Source: Camelus dromedarius
Taxonomy: Eukaryota
Direction of reading: 5' to 3'
Assembly: GCF_036321535.1 (NCBI RefSeq)
Contig: NC_087441.1
Span: forward strand, 10,788,001-10,852,000
DNA length: 64,000 nt
Shown here: in pieces, positions 25,521-38,564 of the stretch
How the letters are laid out: each line of letters opens with the position of its first letter
How positions within the stretch are numbered: position 1 is the stretch's first letter
The notes under the pieces: model-generated
Told to the model about the DNA's origin: nothing
Seen by the model: only the letters and a program-made list of their open reading frames with translations
Databases searched by the model: none
Program-made: the position numbers and the translations under genes

Positions 25521-27637
25521 CTAAACCCGGGGAGGGGGGAAAGAACCAGTCTGGAAGTGTTTCACCACAAAAGTGTTCGCCAAAGTGGCTGGCTGGCTGG
25601 GCTTTGATGTGTTCAAACCCCAAAGTCCCTTCACTTCATAAAAACTGTTCGATTTTAAAAACACACCCAACCAACTCAAGTCAGGTTCCCAGGCTTCCTG
25701 GGCTCCAGACGGCCTGGGGGATATTTTCGGGATCCCACATGGCCCCAAACATGATGGAGAGACAAACTAGAAGCAAGCTAGACACGAACAACAGGACAGG
25801 GATAAGAAAACCAGGGTTTAGCCATGCATTATACATTATGCCGCTCATTAAAAAAGCAGTTTATCTTCATGAATACTAGGACTGAGAAATAGAATGTGAA
25901 AATACTAGGAATAAAATGTTACACTTTGAAACCTGGATACGAAGTTTCATCTGTGGTATGGACTCAGCCATGAAAAATAACAATGAAAGAACACTGGAGG
26001 GAGAACACAATAAAACTAAAATAGTCATCTCTGAATACTGGGACTATGGTGTGAGGTTTTCTTTTTCAACCCTTCAGTACCTTCAGACACAATGACCATA
26101 CACTATTTCTATATAAGAATATTTTAAGAACAATAAAGAAAGTTTGAAACAAGCAGAAGGGACAAAGACATAAAAGTCTAAGCAGGTGGAAATACACGTT
26201 CAGTTTTCCTCGATGCCCAGAAATAACCACACACATTCAGGCCACGGGGTCAATCCTCCAATGACCTCTGGGATCAAACAAACCTATTGGAAAAATTTCT
26301 TAAAAACTAAGGATATTTTGCCTGAAACACAAAATAGAAGATTCATTTCATACTTGCCCCTAAGTTCACGTAGATTTAACCCCATGTACTAACCTCTCCT
26401 ACAATTCCGATGAACCCAGTGCATTAATTTGCTTTAGTGCATCACAGAAAGTTTAAGCAGCCTTTCTGTTAAAGGAAGGAAAATCCAGTCTCAGACCCTG
26501 ACTCTTGTCAGCCAGGGCAGGTTGAGGATGGCAGTAAGGCTAGAGGCCCAGTGAGCTAACCTGGTTAAGTGCTGGGACGTCCTATCGTGGAGAACACTTC
26601 AGAGAATTCTAGTTTCCCAAAGTCAGCCAAGAAACAGCTATGTTATTCTTCAGGGGTCCTGGGCACAGCCAGGCCCAACTTTAGCAGAGGCCTGCATCTA
26701 AGACCTACGAGGTTTTCTGTGAGCCTTCTGGCCGGATGTACTCTGCAGCCCAGGCTATGTCTGCAGGCAAGACTGGGTTTGCATTGGGAGGTATTCCAGA
26801 AGCACACTTCACTTCCTGGCTGTTACCCCCACTTCTCTGGAGTTAACTAATAAGAACAGCAATAATATTTAGCATCTCTTTAGCACTTAACACATGGATA
26901 TTATATTATTTATCCGTCAAGCAATCCTGGAAGCTATCAGGATCCTACCGATTGAAGGTCTGAAGCTCAGAGATGTTCAGTGAGTGCTCCAAGATGACAC
27001 AGGAACTCAACAACAGCACCAGGATGCACATCTCAGCCTGACCTCAATACCAACGGCGTGACACCGCCATCCATGCTCTACGACGTCCCATTTGCCAGGA
27101 CGACTCTAAGAATCATTCAGTAGATAACCTGACTCTTAATGTCCTAAGGCCACTTCCACAGGGAACTGATATACAGAGCATTGGCCAAGGAGGGTTGTCC
27201 TGAAAAGCTCCTTCTTTCACTTCCGCTGGGATTCTTGGGAAGAATGTAAGGCTCTACGGTCCACGTTCTCTGGGTTTCACTTAAAAAAAAAAAAGCCTCC
27301 ACTCTGGGAATTTCAGATCTTGTGCCACTAGATCATGAGCTACTTCAGAACAGGAGTTGCCAAATTTTCTCTTTGTTCCTGAAGAGCATCCCATGGGCTA
27401 CAGCCTGGACCATCGTGGGTGGGTACCCCAGAAATGCTTGCCGCATGAATGACCACATTTGTGATGGCCCCACAGCACCTGGCAGTCCGCAGGAGCCAAT
27501 TCTCTTGCTTAAACCCTAAAGTCTAACAGCTTTTACTCTATTTCTTTGCTAAGTTGTGCCCCTTAATTCTGAACCTTCTCACCCTAACAGGACACAAGCC
27601 ATCGCTGCTTCTCTACGTTTAGAAAGCTCAGCAGTAC

Positions 27638-27810
27638 CTGGAAAAGGTAGACGTCTCCGAAGGAGTTGCTGAGGCAGAAGACATTTTCCTTCTTAGGATG
27701 CTCTGGGACGGACTGCACTATGCTGTCTTCTGCAAACAGAGCACACCGAGGGGCACTGCTCTGATCCATGGAATTCTTCCCGTAGGTCTCGTAAAACAGC
27801 AGCGTGCATC
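27638..27810 (-). CDS. TIAM2: TIAM2 coding exon c3 (173 nt; GCTLLFYETYGKNS...GDVYLFQ), PH domain
   Basis: Acceptor ctctctctcacag|GA; donor CAG|GTACTG; phase 1 to 0; in frame with c2. Confidence 0.96.
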
Positions 27811-30800
27811 CTGTGAGAGAGAGAAGCAAAACGGTGTCCCTGTCCCATGTCCTGAGGATCTACCCAGGAGACGAAGGGGGGTGAGGGGAAGGAAGGGAGA
27901 GAAAGAGAGGGAGAAGGGAGGAAGGAAGGAAGGAAAAAACTGAATGAGATTGTTTAATACAAAAGGAAATTCTCGTATCCAAAATATGCCTAGTTGTGTA
28001 TGCATCAACTCAAATGAAAATGAGATTTTTTTTTACAAATATAATACCAGTAATAACAATAGCAAACATCCATTGTTGCTCAGTCTGTGGCAGAAACTCA
28101 TCTGGTCCGCAAAGCAGCCCTGGAAGGCAGGCAAAGTTATTAATCCCATTTTACAGATGGAAAGCTTGAGGCATTACACTACTACGCAGGTCCCATAGCT
28201 GGACCTCAGTGCAGCAGGGATCTGAATGCAGGCACTCTGGCCACAGAGCCGTCCTCCTTAACCCCAACACCACATTATTCAGGAAATCTGAATGTTGGAG
28301 GCAGAAGAAAATCCCACATTCATTAACTAAGGGAGCTTCTATACTTACAATGCGTGGTAACAAGAAACTGAGTTCACCTAGGGAACTTAAGAGAGGAAAC
28401 GGTAACTAAATATCCCTGAATTGTAAAATATTATCCTAAAATGCTGCTAAAAGATGTTTGCTTGCAAGTACATGGCTTTCCCTTAATAAGCTAATCAAGT
28501 CTTGTAGGTAGATGTTATTAAGGTTCTACTTTGAATATTCGATTGGAATGTCTTCTAATTAGATGTGATTTTTAAGCAAATTCTAAAAGCTCACAAGTAT
28601 GTTCACTTGTTGACTATCCCTTAAAACCGTCAACCAATAAAGGTTTTTGAGCACTTCTCGTGTGCTGATGAATCATGCGGTCACCATCTCTATAGGCTCA
28701 CGTCCCTTGCTTCGCAAACACTTTTACATCGACTGTGAAGGAAGCCCCAGCCCACTGTCACCTGCACTGTAGCTGAACGGGGTCCCCTCATGACTGCTTT
28801 ACACTACTGTGTTATGAACCTTCATTCACAAAAGTTTAAATGTTTTGAAAACTGTCTCACTCTTAATAGTTTCATTTCCTCCTTTAAAAACAGCTCTTCA
28901 TGTGGACAAATAAGGTGATACAATGGAACCCGGCGTAGCACAGAAGCCAGGGGAAACACGCAGGACCCCAGCTCTGCCCCCAGAAACAGCATCCCCAGGG
29001 AAGCGCTTCCTCCCTCCATGGTACTTCAAGGTCTCGAGAGGCACTGAGCCATCTCCCCTCCCACAAACAGAACTCATCCAAACTCAGAGGCTGTGAGCCT
29101 CTTAGAACAAGGGAAAGAACAAGAGGGCGGGGGACAGAGCTGCTGCGGCAGGTCTGAGCCCGTCCCTTCTTCCAACCACTGATGCACTTAGAAACAGGAC
29201 ACCAATCTTTCCAGCAGGAAGGCCCTTCTGATGCGACTGCTGCATGTGTGTGATGTGCCACGACCTGGGGACCGAGGACAGGGTAAAGGTCACCGAGCAA
29301 CATCAGCTCCACCCAAGTTCGAATTCTTTCTGAGAGGCTGATGTTGACTTCCCAGTTCCCCTAACACCGAGCTCCCAGTGGCCAGCATTTGAATCATTAC
29401 ATCTAGAGGAAATGAACACAGTCTTGAGCAGATGCCAAGATGCTGCCAACCCTGCCACCCCACCTACAGCAGAATGCAGCGCTCCTCATGGAAGTGTGAC
29501 ACCAAAACAGGACATTTCATTTTAGAGCCGGGCCAGGAAGTAAAACAATATGCCGAATTTGGTTGCCATCCAGTTGAGAGAACAGGAAATCCACCGTAAA
29601 TCTCTTACATCGAGTTCAACTTAATCTGCGGCGCTGATGCTCTGATGCGGGGGCGGGGAGGCTGGTGGAAAGAGGCTGCCCCTGTCAGTGGTGTCTCCTG
29701 CGCCCCCCCAAGTGCTGTGGCTGTCAGTCCTGCCCCGCCCCTGCCAGGAGCCAGCGTTGGCCTGGAGGGTTGATGGTGGAAGTAGGAAGAGAAGGCAGAT
29801 TAGAACAGCGAGGAAGCATAAGAAGAGGAGAGGCGCTCTGAGCAGAAAGTGAAGGGAGAGAAATTAGTCTTGATCTCTCCAAAGTCCACCTTTTCATTGA
29901 CACCCACTCAGTCCACACTCATCCCTCCTCCCCTGTGACGGGCAGAATGACCAGCATCCAAAGTTCCTGTATGAACCCCTCTCCAGACATCGGTCACCTG
30001 CCGTGTGTCCTGAGGGAAACCTTCAACGTCCTTGCCACCTACTCTGCCCAGGAAGTCCCCTGTGAACCGCATGAAAATCCACTCGTTGGAAAAGACAGAT
30101 GGAAAGCTGAATTACCCTTGTTAAAAATTTATTACATCCTCCAAACCCCAAAACAGCATCTGTGCCCTTAGCATACCTACACAGTCAGGGCAGGCAGGTA
30201 ACCAGCTGCTTTGCTGCGGGCTGGCTGCTCTCTCTGAAGAGCACTGTTTCCACTTTATTCACATAGATACTTCAAGGGTAATTTTAAAATTCTGCTTAAA
30301 TGCACATGTGTGTCTATATATACACATATATGTTTTTAAGTAAGATTAAGCCACATAGTTAAGTCCAAATACTGCAGTGTGGATATTCTAAGCCAAGAAA
30401 GTTGAACTCAACATAATGAATTCCCAGAGGAAAGAGGTGTAGAAAACCACATGGAAAAGCTTACGCTGGGAAAAAAAAACATCTTATCTTATGCCTTTCC
30501 TTGGCTGCACAGAAAACAAAGGGCTGGGAGCTTAATAACACTTACACCTACAAAGCACCCTTTTCCACGGGTCTCCAAGTGTTTGCAAGCAAGGCCACAC
30601 GCAGGACTGCAAAGACAAGTCAGAGCCATCCCTGAAGCCAGCAGCCAGGAACTCCTGGGGTGGCTTCCAGGAGGGAAGACAGGGTCCCGGACATGTCCTC
30701 TTCCAACCTTGAGTGACACCTGCCTGGACCTCCCCTAGGAAACCTCCAACAACCTGGTGTTCCACAAACGTCTCCAGCAGCAGGGAACTCAGGAAGGCAG

Positions 30801-32504
30801 TGGGTTTGGTTTTTTTCTGTTGTATTTTTTACATTAATTCAGAATCAGCTTGTCTTCCAGCTGTTAGTCCTGTCCCAGCCTCTGGTGAACCAGAATAAAT
30901 TCAGTGTCTCTTCTGTAAGACTGTTACAGTTTCTCTCACCCCAGTTCTTACTCCTCCATAAATTATTAAACATTGCTGATCCTTAAGCCACCCTCCATAA
31001 GGCATGGCTCTAGATGCCTTTGGTGTCACCCATGGCCCTGCTTCTCAAGCTGGCTGTGGACACACACACGCCCCCTCCATCCCCAGCCCCCACCACATGT
31101 GGTGTACATTGAGGGTTTTCAAAGCCATAAGACAGGAAGGGAACAACTTTCCCAAAGCATCAATTTTAATAAACAAATTCTATGTTAAAAAATGCAGGAC
31201 ACATCACAGAGTAGCGTGCAGCCATTCTAAACACCATGTAAATAGGACGCAGCTTCAGGCTGTGATCCACCAACAATTCCAGACCCCACTCCCAAGGGGG
31301 CACTTTCACTCTCCTCTCCAGCTAGAGAGGTTCGGCTGGAACCTTTTCAAGACTCACTGTCTCGTTTAGGAACAAGTCTCCTGCAGTATCATCCCCCCCA
31401 AGGAGAGAAAGGGCCAACTCTGACCCAGGCAGAGGCGGGAGGGAGTCATGCAGCTGCGTCTCTAACGACCACGAGCACTCTTTCAATTACTTTTCTTTTA
31501 GCCTCATCACATTGGAAACCCATTCTCAATGGCCTGCAAATCAAAGTCCCAAACCTTTTTCACTTGTAGTACTTTGCAGCCAAACTTCGCTATCCTGTAC
31601 CTGAGGAGGGATTTGATTATTAAGTCTTACAGCATCACTTATCCCTTCAAAGTCTTATCTTGCTAGATTCAACCCATCATTCCAACTTTCCAGACCTCTT
31701 CCGTCATCCAGTAGAAGAACCCGTCCCCCCAGTACGCCTAAATCCTTTGCCTTCCTTGGCCACAAGGTACCACAAGGAACCAAATCCAGAAAAGAGGTGT
31801 GCGTCTGTGTGGGATGCGGACTCTTGGGTTTTATAAACCCTCCAGGGAAAGGTGTTGCTTAGAGATGAGATGCCTTCCCAGAGGGGCTTCTGGATAGCTA
31901 TGAAAGGACGCCAGCTCCCCAAGACTCCCAGTTTCTAAATTGGGAGGGCGGGGTGGGGGGACACTGCAGATGGCCCTGGGCCTTCCACACACACTGTGTG
32001 CAGTGTTTCTGCTTTCTCCCGTGAGAAGGAAGGGTGGCTGACTTTGCCCCCCACGCTTGGTTCCTCTGACAAAGAGTCACAGGACAGCTGTGCAGAAACG
32101 CCAGAGGCTGTGGGCTGCTCTGCTCGCACCTGTGTAAATCAACAGTGTTGACTCAGAGCCTCGTGCTTCCTCAGGACACTGAGATCCCTTCAAATAATTT
32201 ACCCATCGACAGTGAGCAGGAGATCATCATTTTTAAATGGCAACGCTGGTGACAAAGTTTTATCATCTTAGCAAAGCAAATGCCCACTCCTGTTTCCTTT
32301 ACATCAAAATAAAAAAGAGGCATTTGTCTGTGATGACGATTAGTCCGTCTTAATTCACAAAGGTGAGCTGACACAGACCGATTCATGCAGATGAAATTCT
32401 CAGCTGTACAAGGTGGGGAGGATGCCTCGCTGCAGTTCTGAACACATGCAGAATTCATGGTCTATATTCCAAATAACTAAACTACACTTGGTCACTTATG
32501 TGCC

Positions 32505-32640
32505 GGGCCATCTACAAGCCAAGGAGAGAGGGCTCGGGAGAAAACAGCCCTGCCTACACCCTGACTTTGAACTTCCAGCCTCCAGAATTGTGGGAAAATC
32601 AGCTTCTATTGTTTAAGCCACCTGTTCTGTGGCACCTTAT
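32505..32640 (+). mobile_element. MLT1 (MaLR) LTR 3' fragment
   Basis: caagccaaggagagag...acttccagcctccagaattgtg...ttgtttaagccacc. Confidence 0.75.
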
Positions 32641-32981
32641 ATCCACCCAGTCTTTACAAGATCCAGTCTGTAACAGAAGCATCTCCCCCGACCCCAGTGC
32701 AGGAAAAGTATTAAAGAATGGTATAGAAATACCTACAGAGTAACAGGCAATAGTTATTAAATTCAATCATTACTCATTAGAATGAAGCCTAGATCTAAAT
32801 GTTAGGTGAGCCGTATCATACGGGTTTGAGAGAGTATTTGCAGGAAAGCAGGCTGGTAGATTCTGGATTCGATGCCTTCACATTAGCTCAAGTCCGGCCT
32901 GGACTCACTGGCATGTCCCGGGAGAGAGGACAGCGGAACAAACGCCTCCAGGCGCCCTCCGGGTGTTGGTAACACGCTTAC

Positions 32982-33417
32982 CTTTAAGGGTCACCCAGTA
33001 CTGCTTCCACTTCCTCCGCGCCACCAGCTCGAGCTTCCTCTCCTTCTGCAGAGTGAGGAGGGGTTTGAAGAAGAGCCACCCGGCCTTGCGGACCACCCCT
33101 TGCTCCTTCTCAAAGAGCAGATCCAGCTGCTCCAAGGAGCTGAACGACTCGCTGCTGGACTCGGCGGTCTCTGTAGACGTTTCGAGGTTCTCGGTGTTGG
33201 TCCTGCTCATCTCCAGCTCCCGCATGAAGTTCTCATAGATGTTCTGCTGCAGGGGGTCGCTGCCAACCACGTGAGCAGATTCGCTTCTGTGGGATAGCAT
33301 CTGAGCCGAGCCCCCTGACCACAGGGACGCAGGCGCCAGGGAGGGCCCCTGCGTGTCCGCGTTCAGCCCCTCCGAGCGGCTGTCAAAGTAATCACTGCCC
33401 TCCTTGGACCTCGGCTC
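32982..33417 (-). CDS. TIAM2: TIAM2 coding exon c2 (436 nt; EPRSKEGSDYFDSR...RKWKQYWVTLK-G), start of N-terminal PH domain
   Basis: Acceptor tgcattgcccacag|GAG; donor AAAG|GTAAGC; phase 0 to 1; contains ORF-track peptide QNIYENFMRELEMSRTNTEN...GVVRKAGWLFFKPL. Confidence 0.97.
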
Positions 33418-33658
33418 CTGTGGGCAATGCAGATGATGACCCGTCAGAAGTCAGGTGTAGCCAGAGCACCCCTTCCCTGACGCGGCACGCGGGCAACGCA
33501 GCGGCTTACTAATAACGATGCTGCAAAGCAAGATTCTTTTTAACAAAAAACGCATCTTTAATCATCAAGTCTCCATACCAGAAAGAACTACAGAAACAGT
33601 GTTGCTCAACCTAATTTATAGCCAGTGGAGTTGATGCTTAAAAACATAAACAAAAGTG

Positions 33659-33782
33659 GGTAAGGGGGACAGCTCAGTGGTAGAGCACATGCTTGGGGTA
33701 CATGAGGTCCTGGGATCAATCCCCAGTGCTGCCATTAAAATAGATAAATAGATAAATAAAAACCCAATTATCCCCCCAAAAT
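33659..33782 (+). mobile_element. tRNA-derived SINE (vic-1-like)
   Basis: AGCTCAGTGGTAGAG...GGATCAATCCCCAG, AT-rich tail. Confidence 0.85.
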
Positions 33783-35416
33783 GTAAACCAAATACCCCTA
33801 ACTATCCTTAATCTAACCTCCACTTAGCATCAAAAAGTGAACTAGTACATTCAGAACACACTAGTGAAGATTTCTGCACTGATGCTTCTTTGCTAATTGT
33901 GAATCAGTACCTCCCGGGAAAGAATTCAGGTTCTTGCAGGCTGTTTTCCTTCTGGATCATTTTGAAGCTAAATTAGAAGATCACTAATTCCAGGGTCAAG
34001 GGGGGTGTTGTCATATATAAACTCTTCTTCTTCTCCCTACAGTGAACAGTCTCCAACATCTCATCCCCTGCCCAGGTCTATTTTCCCTCTTTAGAGTAAA
34101 AACCATGCACCTGGGGTTCCTTATCCACAAAGGATCGTGGCTAGTAACTGTAGCTTTGATTTCATAACTAAAGTTTTTACTTAATTTGGAAATTCTTTCA
34201 TGAAACGAATATACAATTTATTCATTCACATTCTTTTATTTGAACTAGGAATACCACAGCATGATTCTTAACTTTACTATTTATTCCCACACAAAATCAG
34301 CCATGGGCATTGCTAAATAAAATTAGTATTCATCTGATAACCACCATTCCCTATAGGACAACCTACCCTGAAGGGAATTCATGCATAGCGCTGAAAACAC
34401 AAAGGTTTCCTCTAACACCTAGACTAGTGGTCATTCAAGAAAACAATTTCACAGAGGCCAGCCACTGGTCAATAACAGTAAGTAAATTTCTCAGCAGAAA
34501 GTGTCTGCAGAGAGACACTAACACACTCATCTACTGAGCAGCTAGTTGGTTTTCAACTATATTTCCTTATCCATTAAAATAAAAAGGAGGGAAAACTGTT
34601 CAAGGACCACTGACTAAAGACCTTATTTTGAATACTCCACTGTGCACAGGGGTTTTCTTTTCAGAAATGTCATCCAGAAATCAAGCAGCAATTGCTTGCT
34701 ATCTTTCCTAGGAAAATCATCAACAGACCAGCACTTCCAAATACCCAGGGGCTACATAAACAATGGGGTTGAACCCCAAACATAGCTGTTACTAATGCAA
34801 ATATTATTTCCTGCTATGTTTACACTATGGCCCATAGTCAGATTTATTTATACACTGATACTTATGCAAGAACAGAGCAAATTAGCCAGCTGCGGTGAGT
34901 CACTTAGACAGGAAACTTTCAAAATAGTCTAAGATTGTTGTTGGTTTTTTTTCTCAACTGTCATTTTGTTGTTCTTCAAAAGCTCCTAGGAGGTGAAGAG
35001 ATACCTCACATTTAGCTAGTATTTATTGACATTACTTCAGCTATGTATATGACTCTCTGACGCAGCGCCAGCACGCCCGGGACTGCCTCTGATGCCCAGC
35101 AAGAGCTATAATGGGGTGCTTTGGAGCAAGCAGAGTCCTGCCAGAGAAAGTCATCAAGTGTCAAATTTAAATATAACCAATCAGCACTCTTGACACTGTT
35201 TCTCCTAAGAGGGAGACTTAAGATGGAGTGCTAACTTTTAAATGTTCAACCACGGCAAAGCAGAGCAAATCTTCCTCCTTGAGAAATGGGCAAAGATAGC
35301 ATTTTAGCATTTATAACTGATTCTTATACACAGATGTGAACTTTCCCAGTCTTTAATAAATTTAGAAAGCTTTCTATCTAGGATCCTGATAGCTAGTGCC
35401 TAATTTTCAGGCTAAT

Positions 35417-35486
35417 GGAAGGATGGAAGGAAGGAAAGAAGGAAGGAAGGAAGGAAAGAAGGAAGGCAGGCAGGCAGGCAGGCAGG
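35417..35486. repeat. Compound (GGAA)n(GGCA)n microsatellite
   Basis: ggaaggatggaaggaaggaaagaa...ggcaggcaggcaggcagg. Confidence 0.95.
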
Positions 35487-35954
35487 CCCCTAAACAGTCC
35501 TGATCACTGTGTTAAGGGTGTGAAACTAAGATCCCTGTTATACATGAACATGAAGAAGTCAGATTTCAGTTCCTCCCCCAACAGATAATCATGAACGATG
35601 GATAACTTAACCCAAGGACAAGAGCACTAGGGCAGCAAGCAGAGAGGAACTCAAGAGCGGTCACTAAATTCCTTGGGAGCTAAAGGAAAACTAGCCACCA
35701 TTCCTCACTTTCTAGGAAAAAGCACCAATGACACACTGTGTCATTCTCCACGGGCCATTTTCCTTCATTTCACAGCAAGGGCCACTATTCTTCTTCTGCA
35801 GAATTTCCCTGTGACTGTGCAGCCCTGGCTGGGCAGTGAGGGCCTAAAATTAAGAGGGGCAGAAAGCCAGGGTCTGGGTGTCCTGATTCTCCTGTCCGAC
35901 GCAGCAGACGCGGTCAGGCTGCCTCTCAGACAGACCCGGCCCTCCCCCAGGGTA

Positions 35955-36270
35955 CAGGGCAGGATCATTCCGACGCCCTCCCTCCCTTGGAGTCAGGCGT
36001 GGCCACATGACTCGCTTTGGCCAATAAATGCAACGCAAAGTGAAATGTGTCACTTGTGAGTGGGAGCCTCAAAAGCCAACACAGGGCTTTCTCCCTCTGC
36101 CACGGAGGCCCGAGGTGTCCTGGATGGTAACTGCTCAGCGGACCTGAGGTCCTGGGGAGGAACGATGCAGACCAGAGCCGCAGCGTCAGGGAGACACGTA
36201 CTTTGTGCTGAACCTCAGAGAACTGAGGGCTTTGTGTTACTTCAGCAGAACCTAGCCCACCCTAACTGAC
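35955..36270 (+). mobile_element. MLT1 (J/I-like) LTR fragment
   Basis: ggccacatgactcgctttggccaataaatg...agcccaccctaactgaca (ends CA). Confidence 0.65.
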
Positions 36271-37214
36271 AGAACAGAAAGTTTACCCAGGACAGAAGCA
36301 AGGCCTCACAGGTCTCTGCATGGCTGCATTAACACAAAGTTTACCAGCGTCAAACGCGTACTGCTCTCCTGCACGTGTGTCCTCTCCCCCTTCCCCATCT
36401 TTGAATAGTGTGATAATCTTTTTCAGCTGTGTAAGTTTTTTTGCTGATTAATCTGCTTTCAGGCTCTAACTCCCCAGAGTGGTTGAAGCCCTATAAAGAA
36501 AGGGTTGCTTTTTTTACATCACTTTTTTTTTTTTAAAGTCAGAACAAATACATCTATCCATCATGGGAAGACTTTCTGAGCCTTTTCTCTGCTGATGTAC
36601 AAAAGTCTGTGTGTAAGAGAACCGGTGTTCGGTATCTTACTAAATTATACTGTCACCAACTCTGCTTCTATGCACTGACTACATTTTTAAGGATCCAAAC
36701 CTCATCTTCACGTTCACTTGTGAAAGAAAACCAAGGGCATGGCCGATGGAAGTGGCATAAATATCAAAAAAAAAACTACATTTTATCAACATTATCATAG
36801 TTTTGCTATTACAAGTACTTAGGTCAAGATGTTTTCAAAACTGTTAGCAGTCCACGAGGAGGTGGTGAGATTAAATACATAGATGCGTCATGTACTAACT
36901 CATCAATAGAAATTTTAATTTCCCCAAAGGATAATATCAAACTCAGAAAGACTGCGCATTGCAAAGTGACAACCATCTCTCTCCCTTTCTGTTTAGGCTT
37001 TAAGAATGAGCTCTAGCAAAATTCTCAGTTAACCAGTTCATTGCGGAAGTCTCTCCAACGCTGCTGTCCTTGCTAAGAACAGTTTGGCCAGGTCTTGGGA
37101 TGAGGCCTGTGGAGTTCATACCAGAGTCCAGGAGGCGAGACTGCGCTGAATGGGAGAGACTGAAGTGGAGGGTTAAGGATGAAAGTGCACATCTAAGCAA
37201 AAGGGTAAAACAAA

Positions 37215-37217
<3 letters not shown>

Positions 37218-37259
<42 letters not shown>
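37218..37259. repeat. (AC)n microsatellite about 150 nt into the intron after exon c1
   Basis: Perfect AC run; reads (GT)n in the pre-mRNA. Confidence 0.98.
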
Positions 37260-37261
<2 letters not shown>

Positions 37262-37406
37262 CTACAAACACCTGCAAACAAGATGTGCCAAGGCTAAACT
37301 CTTCGCTTAAGCCTCGGGACCACGCTCGGCAGTAGCTTTGGCTAACTCCCATTTTTCAGACAGGAAAGCCAAGGGCCTCTCTCCTTGCGCCCCCAGCTTT
37401 GCTCAC

Positions 37407-38564
37407 CTGGAGTCTCCTTTTCTTTCTGGAGAGGCTTCCCGTCCAGTCGCTGATGCGGCGCATCCTGGCTTTCAGGGTGTCCTTCTTGGAAGGCTCCTCG
37501 CCCAGAGCCCTGGACTTGCGGCAGGGGAGGGTGAAGGACGCGAACTGCCCGGGCTCCCCACGCTCCACCCGCGCCGGCACGTCCATGTCGGAGGCGAAGG
37601 AGACGCGGGCGCTGAGGCTGCTGCGTGCGCCCACGAAGTCATCGGAGAGCCGCAGGGCCGAGGGGGCCAGGCTCCCCAGGGTGGCGTCCGGGTAGGGTTC
37701 CCGGAGGGACGAGAGGGAGGCGCTTTGGCTGAAAGGCTTGGGGGCATCCCTGGGCGGGAAGCGGGCGTGGAGGCCGGGCTCGGGCTCGGGCTCGGGCTCA
37801 GGGGTGCCGGGCGCCGCGAAGGAGCCCTCGGCCTCGCTGGCCTCGCCGGCGGGGCCCCAGGGCGAGTCGTACCAGGACGACTCAGAGCTCAGCGAGCTCC
37901 CCTTGCTGGAGCGCGGGCGCGAGGCGGCGGGCGAGGCGCCGGGGCTGGGCGGGGAGCCGGCCGAGTAGCGCAGCAGCTGCACCGGGCCGCCCGAGGCCCC
38001 CGCGGGCCCCGCGCCGTGCGCGCCGCCGCTGTGGAACTCCACCCGCAGGCAGCCGTCCAGCTTGCCCAGCGTCTTGATGAGCACCCGGGGGCTCCTGCGG
38101 TCCTCGCCGGGCGGCGTGGACGCCGCGCTCTCGGGCCGGCCGTAGCAGTTGAGGAGGTGCCCGTTGCAGTCCCTGGGGGCCGCGTGGTTACCCGCCGGTG
38201 CGCGCCCAACATAGTGGAAGCCGTTCTCGAGGGAGAAAGCAGCGTCGCCGCCCTGGAAATCCGTTCCCGGGGCGCTCGTCCTGTGCTTGGAGTAGGCGCT
38301 GCCTTTGGACACTTTGCACGTGGGTCCACCCAGTGGGAAGGCATAAGGCTGATTGCTCTTAAAATGAGAGAGGCAGCTTCGGGCCAGGGACCTGGACTTG
38401 TAACCGGTTCCGCTGCTTCCGTGACCCCATGCGTGCAAGGACTTGTCATCTTTTGCATGAAGGCCACGGATTTTCAGGGAGCAAGGCTTTTGCTTAGCAC
38501 CAGTAATAGTATTGCTATGATTTTTTGATCCTTGAAGGGTGTACTGACTCTCGGAGTTCCCCAT
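37407..38564 (-). CDS. TIAM2: TIAM2 coding exon c1 (ATG 38564; 386 codons; exon starts at 38570 with 6 nt UTR GTTACA)
   Basis: ORF MGNSESQYTLQGSKNHSNTITGAKQKPCSLKIRG...SPRVLIKTLGKLDGCLRVEFH...SLSRKKRRLQ matches the TIAM2 N-terminus as I recall it. Acceptor ctgttcttaatttag|GTTACAATG; donor CAG|GTGAGC at 37407/37406; phase 0. MGNSES fits an N-myristoylation motif. Confidence 0.97.
37440..38300. promoter_or_regulatory. Intragenic CpG island over the 3' three quarters of exon c1
   Basis: Dense CpG; line 37921-37980 is 50/60 G+C, versus 27/60 at 38461-38520 in the same exon. Confidence 0.8.
37776..37799 (-). repeat. TIAM2: Coding hexanucleotide repeat (GAGCCC)4 encoding PEPEPEPEP
   Basis: + strand (GGGCTC)4 inside exon c1. 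Confidence 0.95.

Noticed and set aside
37472-38467. Other ORFs (76-192 aa) overlapping exon c1 in alternative frames
   Set aside because: Expected from GC richness; no recognisable domain or independent splice structure.
37338-38528. 396-aa plus-strand ORF antisense to exon c1
   Set aside because: It is exactly in codon register with TIAM2 (both start at multiples of 3). A stop needs a sense TTA, CTA or TCA codon, which is scarce in this GC-rich exon, and the ORF ends at the first TCA. It also has a non-ATG start. Shadow ORF.
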